Notes under the pieces: generated by a model
Told to the model about the DNA's origin: nothing
The model's database searches: none
The model's input: the letters and a program-made list of their open reading frames with translations, nothing else
Shown here: one piece after another, positions 44,881 to 51,908 of the stretch
Numbering within the stretch: position 1 is the first letter of the stretch
How the letters are laid out: every line of letters begins with the position of its first letter
From: Waddlia chondrophila WSU 86-1044
GTDB lineage: Bacteria; Chlamydiota; Chlamydiia; Chlamydiales; CAMCWV01
Direction of reading: 5' to 3'
Assembly: GCA_945882915.1 (NCBI GenBank)
Contig: CAMCWV010000004.1
Location: forward strand, 15,643 to 79,642
DNA: 64,000 nt
Translations under genes and position numbers: made by a program

Positions 44881-45723
44881 ATGATGTGGGCTATTATAGG
44901 AAGTTCAGGCTTTGACCGGTTGCCTGGTGTTGATATCCTTGAGACATTGCCTTCAGATACTCCGTTTGGTATGGCTTCCTCAGGACTCAAAAGAATACGC
45001 ATTCATTCGCATGAGTGTCTTTTTCTTCCTTGCCATGGGGAAAGCCACGAGCTTCTTCCTTCCGAAGTCAATCACCGAGCTAATATTTTTGTGCTCAAAA
45101 AGTTTGGGGCGACGAAGTGCATCTCACTTGGCACCGTCGAGAGCCTCCATCCCGACTGTTTAGTTGGCGATGTTGTAATCCCTTCGCAGTACATCAATCT
45201 TACCCACTCTCGCCAGCCGGTCTCTTTTTGTGGCAATGGCGTTGTGGGGCATGTTTCTTTGGCTAATCCTATCTGGGAAGCTGGCGCGCAGTGTGTCCGC
45301 TCACATCACGAGCAGCTAGGCTTTGCCGTTCACTTTGACAGAACCTACCTCTGCGCAGAAGGGCCATGCTTGCCTACAATGGCCGAGTCTAAGCTCTATC
45401 ATCGGTTAGGTGCAGATATTGTAGGGATGACCGCCTTTCCTGAGTACGCTTTGGCAAGAGAAGCGGGACTTTGCTATCTTCCGTGCTGTTTCATCGCCCC
45501 TTCGGCCCAGTGGTCAAAGGAGGAGTGCGAGGGTGAAGAGGCCGAAGTTCCTTATGGCACTCTTATTCAAAAACGGGCTTTTCAGCTCACAAAAATTCTT
45601 TTTGACAGAAGTCCCGAAGAAGATGGGGAATGTCGAGAAGGGGGGTTGAAGGTCGGCCTTAAAACCGAATGGGAATCGATCGACCGTGCGCACCGCACCT
45701 GGCTCGAAATCATCCTTAACTAA
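44881..45723 (+). CDS. MTAP/PNP-family (nucleoside phosphorylase) homolog with substituted active-site positions
   Basis: 280 aa. Aligns by eye to MTA phosphorylase: IIGSSGFD, LPCHGESHELLPSEVNHRANIFVLKKFG, AEGPCLPTMAES, GADIVGMTAFPE. Several residues I recall as catalytic are changed (see findings). Confidence 0.72.
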   Translation: MMWAIIGSSGFDRLPGVDILETLPSDTPFGMASSGLKRIRIHSHECLFLPCHGESHELLPSEVNHRANIFVLKKFGATKCISLGTVESLHPDCLVGDVVIPSQYINLTHSRQPVSFCGNGVVGHVSLANPIWEAGAQCVRSHHEQLGFAVHFDRTYLCAEGPCLPTMAESKLYHRLGADIVGMTAFPEYALAREAGLCYLPCCFIAPSAQWSKEECEGEEAEVPYGTLIQKRAFQLTKILFDRSPEEDGECREGGLKVGLKTEWESIDRAHRTWLEIILN

Positions 45724-45839
45724 CACAATTGCAAAGTTTTGTGTTGAATTATTTGGCAGAGCCTTTTCGGGTTCTGAACGCTTTTCTTGTTTTTGAAAAA
45801 GTTCTCTGTTATCATTGTCGCCGCTACATTGGGGGAAAG

Positions 45840-48521
45840 ATGTCTTTGGGAACAAAACTATTTATTACGGCCGCTTGTTGCACAGCAATTTGGATGCCAA
45901 ATTCAATGCCGCTTTGGGCGGCTGATGCCGATGCCGATAATACTACTGTACAAGAGGATACTGTTGCACCAGTAGCAAGAGAGCTTAAAGCGCGCCAGCC
46001 AAACTGGCGTCCCGATATTGTACGCTCTTTCTCCGACGGCCTTCCAGAGACAATCCTCTTTTACCAACCAAGTTCAGAAGGTAAAGAGCTCCCTGCCAAG
46101 CAAGTTGACTTCCTTAATAATAGCCAAATCATTGGCGATACCGATCTTACTGCGCTATCAGAAGATGATCCTATTGCCAAAGAACTAGGCAAGACCGTTG
46201 TTCCTCATGGCGTTAGCGTTGCCTATTACCCATCAGGCGTGCTGAAGAAACTTGCCTACTACGACAGAGGCCGCCTTCATGGCCCAATCAAAACATTCTT
46301 CCCGAACGGACAAGAAGAGACTGTTGTTGTTGTCAATCAGGGCAAGCAGCAAGGGAAGATGATCACCTATTTTGAGTCGGGTGCCAAAGAAGAAGAGTCT
46401 TTTTATAAAAATGGACAGCTTCAGGGCGATCTCATCCGCTACTCTGCCAAAGGAACCCGCACATTCCTTATGCCTTATGAGCAAGGGGTTGTCGATGGCG
46501 CAGCTTACGAATGGTACGAAAGCGGCGCTCTTAAGTCAACAAAACGGTTTGCTAAAGGGGTGTTGCAAGGGGATCTACACAACCCTGCTATGATCGCTTA
46601 CTACGAAGATCACACTGTGCAGGAGCTTCAGGATTTCCGTTTTGGCCAGCCTGCAGGCATGCATTATAAATATCATCCAAGCGGCAAAGAAAGTTATCGC
46701 GTTCTTTATGAAAATGGAAAGCAGCAAGGGACAGAACAGTTTTTTGGAGAAGATGGAGCTGTTGTTGGGCAAGGGGAATATTGGGATGGAGTGCCTGTTG
46801 GTGAACACACAATGAAGTATGCTAATGGTGCTTTAGAGCGCGTGGCTAAGTATGATGCAAAAGGGGCTCTGAAAGAGCCTGTCGTTGAGTACTACGAGAA
46901 TGGAAATAAAAGAGCGGAATATTTTCGCATTGACGATCATTATGAGGGGGCTTATCGCGAGTGGTATTCAAATGGCGCCTCTAAGTGTGAGTATGAATAC
47001 AAAAACGGTGTCTTAAACGGTGAGCAGCGTGAATATTATGAGAGTGAGAGCAAAGGTGTAGAGTCACCTGCTCTTCAACTCCGTTGCCATTTTGTTCAAG
47101 GAATTCGCCATGGATTGCATGAAGAGTGGTTTTTAGATGGGAAGCCCGCAGCGCACATGAACATGGCAAATGGAAAGAAAGAGGGCGTTTCGACCCTTTG
47201 GTATTCAAGCGGCCAAAAGAAGCAAGAAGGGGCGTTTAGTCCACAGGGCTTTGAAGGGCCTCAGACAGAATGGTACGAAAATGGAAATATGCGCTCTTAC
47301 ATCGAATGTCTGAATGGCAAAAAAGAAGGATGGGAGAGAGAGTGGAATGAGGCGGGCGTCCTTGTCTCTGAAGTGCAGAACGTTAATGACCTTCCAGATG
47401 GCCTTGTGAAGACGTGGTATGACAATGGACAGCTTAAGCAGCAATGCGCCTACAACCAAGGAAAGCGGAACGGCCTAGAGTTTTCTCTCTATAGCGATGG
47501 ACAGAAGCAAAGCGAAGCGATCTACAAAAATGATAGTCTCGATGGGGACCTTACTGCGTGGCACGAAAACGGCCAGGTACGCATTGTACAGCACTTTGCA
47601 AATGGATCTCCTAGGGGTGAGCATTTTGAGTACTATCCAAGTGCGAGTCCTTCAGAGCTGCAGCAAATTTGTCGCCAGCTGACCTACAATGCCAATGGCA
47701 AGCTCGAGGGGCCTCAAAAGACCTTCTTTGAAAATGGGCGCATAGAAGTGCTCATTACTTACGAAAATGGGGTTCTGAATGGTGTGAAGTCGCTCTGGAA
47801 TGACATGGGCGTTCTTCTTGAAGAGGCACGCTATAGCAAGGGGGTTTTGGAAGGGCAGTTCTTCCAGCGCACTCCTCAGGGGCAAGAAGTTGTATATCAC
47901 TACCACAACAACCGCAGAGAAGGGCTCCATCAGGTGTTTTATCCTCATGAAGAGGAAGGCGAAAGGGTCAAGGCTCTAGAAGCAAATTATGTAGATGACC
48001 TGCCCGAAGGGGAGCTCTCGGAATTTAGCGAGGATGGCTCGAAAGTGGCGAGCACCTTTTATCAGCATGGGCTTAAGGAGGGGGTCTCTTCTCTCTACGC
48101 TCCAGATGGAAAGCTTGTCATGACGGTCCGGTTCAAGAAAGATATTCGCGACGGTATTGCTGTTCAGTACTATCCCAATAGCAAAATCGCCAGACAGGTG
48201 ATGTTTGTGAATGGATTGAAGGAAGGGGACGAGAAATCTTACCATGAAAATGGGGAGCCCGCTTCGGTTGTTTCTTATAAAAACGACAAGCAACACGGGC
48301 TTTCTTTGGAGTGGAATGAACGTGGAATACTCGTCTTTGAAGGGGAATTCCAGGAAGGGATCCGCCATGGGAAGTTTAATAAGTACGACGATAATGGAAA
48401 GCCTGTTCTTCTGCAGACGTTCTATGAAGATAGGCTCAATGGGGTAAAGAAGTCGTTCCGCAACGGCCAGATCACGGAACAGAACTACAAAATGGGCATC
48501 CTCTCACCACAAGTTGGATAG
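45840..48521 (+). CDS. Secreted MORN-variant (YwqK-type) repeat protein
   Basis: I prefer the ATG at 45840 (preceded by gggggaaag) over the track's TTG at 45729. Signal peptide MSLGTKLFITAACCTAIWMPNSMPLWA. The remainder is roughly 30 tandem ~23-aa repeats of the type YYENGxxxxExxYxNGxxxG. Confidence 0.85.
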   Translation: MSLGTKLFITAACCTAIWMPNSMPLWAADADADNTTVQEDTVAPVARELKARQPNWRPDIVRSFSDGLPETILFYQPSSEGKELPAKQVDFLNNSQIIGDTDLTALSEDDPIAKELGKTVVPHGVSVAYYPSGVLKKLAYYDRGRLHGPIKTFFPNGQEETVVVVNQGKQQGKMITYFESGAKEEESFYKNGQLQGDLIRYSAKGTRTFLMPYEQGVVDGAAYEWYESGALKSTKRFAKGVLQGDLHNPAMIAYYEDHTVQELQDFRFGQPAGMHYKYHPSGKESYRVLYENGKQQGTEQFFGEDGAVVGQGEYWDGVPVGEHTMKYANGALERVAKYDAKGALKEPVVEYYENGNKRAEYFRIDDHYEGAYREWYSNGASKCEYEYKNGVLNGEQREYYESESKGVESPALQLRCHFVQGIRHGLHEEWFLDGKPAAHMNMANGKKEGVSTLWYSSGQKKQEGAFSPQGFEGPQTEWYENGNMRSYIECLNGKKEGWEREWNEAGVLVSEVQNVNDLPDGLVKTWYDNGQLKQQCAYNQGKRNGLEFSLYSDGQKQSEAIYKNDSLDGDLTAWHENGQVRIVQHFANGSPRGEHFEYYPSASPSELQQICRQLTYNANGKLEGPQKTFFENGRIEVLITYENGVLNGVKSLWNDMGVLLEEARYSKGVLEGQFFQRTPQGQEVVYHYHNNRREGLHQVFYPHEEEGERVKALEANYVDDLPEGELSEFSEDGSKVASTFYQHGLKEGVSSLYAPDGKLVMTVRFKKDIRDGIAVQYYPNSKIARQVMFVNGLKEGDEKSYHENGEPASVVSYKNDKQHGLSLEWNERGILVFEGEFQEGIRHGKFNKYDDNGKPVLLQTFYEDRLNGVKKSFRNGQITEQNYKMGILSPQVG

Positions 48522-48555
48522 AGGCTGCCTAAAAAACACCAAAGCGTGAGAGAGG

Positions 48556-48721
48556 GAATTAAACGCAAAGACGTAAAGTAGCAAAGACGCAAAGAAATAC
48601 AAGAGAAAGAAGAAATACAAGAACAGGATGGGCAGGAGCCGCCTCACGGCGGGCAGGATAAAAAACAGGATAATGGATTTTTCTCTCTGCCCTGTATTCT
48701 CTGCGCCTTTGCGTTTAATTC
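48556..48721. repeat. Family E palindromic element, copy E1
   Basis: Imperfect inverted arms gaattaaacgcaaagacg...caaagaaatacaagagaaagaag / ttctctctgccctgtattctctgcgcctttgcgtttaattc. The core is shared with 6230-6280. Confidence 0.65.
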
Positions 48722-48746
48722 TTTCTTTTGCTTTGAGTTTGCTGAC

Positions 48747-50066
48747 TTAATCTTGCTTGCCGCTCCAGAGGACGCGCAAGAAGGCCTGCAACGCCTTCTT
48801 AATCCTAAACACAGGATTGAAAAGGATCCCTTGCGCCCTTTCTTGAATCCCCATAAGCCGCCGAATGTAATAGCTTACCTCTACAGGGGCTAGAAGATTA
48901 TGAAGCTCCAGAAATTGGAGTACTTTTTTTGGGCTTAATAAACGGAGCCCCTTTTCTTCTTTTAAAAGCGAAGTAAAGACCTTCTTTTCAGGGGGCAGTC
49001 TTAGATCTACTCGAAGTTTCTTTTCGAGCTGTTTAACCGATTCCAACACAATATCAATAGCAAATTCAAGGTCAGCTCTTTGACAAAGAGCGTCACTAAT
49101 GGCTCCTCGCCATTGCCTAAGCTGCTTTTTCCATTTTTGCGCGCCGAGTTTTTTTATAAGAGCTTCTTTGGCGTCGCTGTGGACGAGGTTTTCGACTTTT
49201 AGATCGAACGACCGGAAATACCAATGATCTGCATAGCTTAACCCCTTTCGCCTTCCCCAAGCGGGATAGGCCCTTGATTTGTTTGATTGGTCTCTGAAGA
49301 AGACTGTGACGGCAAGTACAGGAGGCCCTTCCCACTTGATTAACAGCTTATTTAGAAAAGAGTCTGGTTTCTTGTGGCTTTGAGGGGCGTAGGCCTCATA
49401 GGCGTCTCCATCGACAAAAAGGAGCGCTCCGCTGGGGGTCCCGGCATAGCTTTTATTGAGGTGACTTTCTTTGAGAGCGTCCAGCTCTTTGCATAATTTG
49501 AGGACGTGGTCAATAAAAGGGACTTCGATATGCGCTTTTTGAATGAGCTCTAGCTGCCGGTGCAATCCTTTTTCCGTTTCAGAAGAGAAGAGTTGCAGTG
49601 CGTACAACTCTTTTCCCGTGATGCAGCCGCCAAAGGCTTCTGTGTGCATGAGCTTATTAAAGCCGCTGATGAATATAGGCGAGAGAATGCATAGCTGCGC
49701 GTATTGACAGCTCCACTTGAGTGCCGTGCCATGCTTGAGGAGTTTTTTGTCAGCGGCAGTGACGTAGCTTGCTTCAAGAAGCGTCTCTTTGTTTTCGTAA
49801 AGGAAGTCGCTTTTGATCTGAAAGGGGATGTCAGTTTTTACGTAATTGATAAAGCCGCTGAGTTTTTCGAGGTAATAGAGGCTTTCTAGTTTTTCCCCTT
49901 CTTCTTTGGTGGGGGGAGTTTCTTCTAAAATGACATTGAGCAGCCCGAGCCACTGCCTCTCTTCATTTGTAAGAGGGGTATATTTTTGCGCTTTTGGGTC
50001 AACCTTTTGACGGAGTCCTAAGGAGGAGAGAAAGCGTTGTGTTGGGTTAGGAGCCATAATGGACAT
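48747..50066 (-). CDS. Hypothetical protein (439 aa), no recognisable motif
   Basis: A long ORF with coding-like composition and no competing ORF on either strand. No domain assignable by eye. Confidence 0.6.
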   Translation of the reverse strand: MSIMAPNPTQRFLSSLGLRQKVDPKAQKYTPLTNEERQWLGLLNVILEETPPTKEEGEKLESLYYLEKLSGFINYVKTDIPFQIKSDFLYENKETLLEASYVTAADKKLLKHGTALKWSCQYAQLCILSPIFISGFNKLMHTEAFGGCITGKELYALQLFSSETEKGLHRQLELIQKAHIEVPFIDHVLKLCKELDALKESHLNKSYAGTPSGALLFVDGDAYEAYAPQSHKKPDSFLNKLLIKWEGPPVLAVTVFFRDQSNKSRAYPAWGRRKGLSYADHWYFRSFDLKVENLVHSDAKEALIKKLGAQKWKKQLRQWRGAISDALCQRADLEFAIDIVLESVKQLEKKLRVDLRLPPEKKVFTSLLKEEKGLRLLSPKKVLQFLELHNLLAPVEVSYYIRRLMGIQERAQGILFNPVFRIKKALQAFLRVLWSGKQD

Positions 50067-50188
50067 TCACCTGTAGAACAAACCTCCTTATCCATAACCC
50101 AACGCCATTAAATGATAAATATTATATATGACAATGTCGCAGCCCAGCCAAGTAATTTGTCTTTAGTGGGTAACGTGGGCCGCTTAGT

Positions 50189-50262
50189 GGCGTTGCCCGC
50201 ATAATTGTAATTGCAGCCTTACAGGCTGCTACTCTTAAGGATCTATAATTATGCAACAACGC
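50189..50262. repeat. Family C minimal derivative, copy C4
   Basis: ggcgttgcccgcataattgtaattgcagccttacaggctgctactcttaaggatctataattatgcaacaacgc. This is the two C termini plus one hairpin, with the whole interior missing. Confidence 0.8.
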
Positions 50263-50333
50263 TCCGCTTAGTTACCGCTTCCGCGGTTTTTAAGCTGTTG
50301 AGCAGAAAAAATAGTTGAAATTAAAATAATTGA

Positions 50334-50565
50334 CGGCAAGATGAGTTGTGTAGGCATGGCGTGCCAATTATTGGCTATGATGATGTAAAGCAGCAATTTA
50401 CATTTAGCTCTTGGGGGCAGGTAATGCAAATGACCTGCGCCTTTTTTAGTGGGTACTGTGACGAAGCCTATGCCGTTCTCAGCCCTGATTGGGTTGAGTG
50501 CAGCTACGCCTAGTCCAAGCAATTTTGAACTGGCTACTTTAACTGCAGATCTAAACAATCTGTAA
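50334..50565 (+). pseudogene. 5'-truncated, frameshifted fragment of a paralog of the downstream papain-like protease
   Basis: Frame 1 reads HGVPIIGYDDVKQQFTFSSWGQVMQMTCAFFSGYCDEAYAVLSPDWVE, against HAVVIAAYDTTGLTCITWGATQRMTWSFFNTYCDEAYALLSQDWIK in the intact gene. After a +1 shift near 50503 it reads PSPSNFELATLTADLNNL*, against LSPLGNGFDMAGLTADLANL*. Confidence 0.7.
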
Positions 50566-50619
50566 ATTGAACTATTAAATCGAATAACTCCTCAAAATCG
50601 ACAATAGAAGGAATAGATC

Positions 50620-51558
50620 ATGTCCCACCATCATCACAAAAATTCTAGCAAGCGCAAACATGATGATAAGAAGCCTGACGATAAGAAGCAGGCCCTGCCT
50701 AAGCTGGCGCCTGCTAATAAGCCCAAGATAGATGTCCGTAAAATGGCAGGGGGTAAGCTGCCTCCCAAAATCGACAAGCGCACACTCCAGTTTGCTAAGT
50801 ATGTTAGAAGTCCGGGAGCTCCAGTTGATGTTGGTGCAGCCGCGCCATTACCCCAGCCGCCCGCATCTCAGGACTGGATATCTGCTTGCAATAACTACTT
50901 CGGGATGATGGGAAATGATACTTATAACAACTGCGCCTTTGCAGCAGCTGGCCACTGTATGCAGGTGTGGAGTGCTAATGCCAATACAGAACGTACTATT
51001 GCCGATGCCGATATCAGTAATGCTTACACAGCTTTTGCGGGGCCTGTAACAACCAATGTGCCATGGACAAACACTCCCAAAGGGCCTCCTTTAGTTGAAT
51101 TGAGTGTGTTGAGTCATTGGAAAAATATAGGAATTGATGGCGATCAAATTAATTCTTATCTGGCGATCACGCCCACAAATACGGCTTATATTAAGACGGC
51201 GATCTACTGGTTCGGCGGCGTATATGTTGGGATTGATTTGCCAATGACTGCTTATAATCAGTATTCCAACGGTCCTTGGACGGGGCCTGGCGATACCGGT
51301 TTTACAGCTCTTCAGGGAAGCTCCGCTGCTGGTTCATGGGGAGGGCATGCAGTGGTGATTGCTGCTTATGATACAACAGGGCTTACATGCATCACTTGGG
51401 GAGCGACTCAGCGGATGACCTGGAGTTTCTTTAATACCTACTGCGACGAGGCCTACGCCCTGCTCAGCCAGGATTGGATTAAGACAGTCTCGGGGCTATC
51501 GCCACTAGGAAACGGGTTTGACATGGCCGGACTAACTGCCGACTTAGCCAACCTCTAA
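50620..51558 (+). CDS. Papain-like (C1-like) cysteine protease with His4 / Lys-rich disordered N-terminus; candidate secreted effector
   Basis: 312 aa. N-terminus MSHHHHKNSSKRKHDDKKPDDKK. Putative catalytic Cys in YNNCAFAAAGH (tgc 50932-50934). Putative catalytic His in GGHAVVIAAYD (cat 51346-51348), comparable to papain DHAVxxVGY. Followed by ITWG. Confidence 0.68.
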   Translation: MSHHHHKNSSKRKHDDKKPDDKKQALPKLAPANKPKIDVRKMAGGKLPPKIDKRTLQFAKYVRSPGAPVDVGAAAPLPQPPASQDWISACNNYFGMMGNDTYNNCAFAAAGHCMQVWSANANTERTIADADISNAYTAFAGPVTTNVPWTNTPKGPPLVELSVLSHWKNIGIDGDQINSYLAITPTNTAYIKTAIYWFGGVYVGIDLPMTAYNQYSNGPWTGPGDTGFTALQGSSAAGSWGGHAVVIAAYDTTGLTCITWGATQRMTWSFFNTYCDEAYALLSQDWIKTVSGLSPLGNGFDMAGLTADLANL

Positions 51559-51574
51559 CCCGCAAAATTCAAAT

Positions 51575-51789
51575 AGGGGCCTGAAAGGCCTTAATATTAC
51601 AGCCCAGGTCGAAGCGTTAGCGTAAGGCCTGGGTAAGACGAAGTATTCAATCTGAGTCCTGTAAGGACGGTAGAAATTGAAGTTATTAACTATGCCGTCC
51701 TTACAGGACTCAGGGGTTTATTGCATTTTACCCAGGCCTTACGCTAGCGCTTCGGCCTGGGCTGTAATATTAAGGCCTTTCAGGCCCCT
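51575..51789. repeat. Family B nested palindromic element, copy B2 (full length)
   Basis: 62-nt arms aggggcctgaaaggccttaatattacagcccaggtcgaagcgttagcgtaaggcctgggtaa and its complement, with 2 mismatches. An inner palindrome gagtcctgtaaggacgg...ccgtccttacaggactc lies at 51653-51712. Confidence 0.92.
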
Positions 51790-51840
51790 GCTTAATTTTT
51801 GAGGAAGCTTCAAAGTCTTGCCTGAGCAGAGGCTCTAAAT

Positions 51841-51880
51841 ACAAACAAAAAGCCCCGGCAGGTTGCTGACGGGGCTTTTG
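51841..51880 (-). terminator. Rho-independent terminator downstream of the groEL paralog (possibly bidirectional)
   Basis: Stem aaaagccccg (51847-51857) / cggggctttt (51870-51879) with a 12-nt loop. On the minus strand the hairpin is followed by ttttgtttgt. Lies 30 nt after the groEL stop. Confidence 0.6.
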
Positions 51881-51908
51881 CATTTAATGAGCTGCTAGAG
51901 AAAAGTGC

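Noticed and set aside
45729-45839. TTG start at 45729 for the MORN-repeat protein (37 extra residues)
   Set aside because: The extension has no SD and would bury an otherwise N-terminal signal peptide. ATG 45840 is preceded by gggggaaag.
50268-50558. 96-aa minus-strand ORF upstream of the protease gene
   Set aside because: The plus strand of the same DNA is clearly homologous to the C-terminus of the protease (a pseudogene fragment), which explains the region better.
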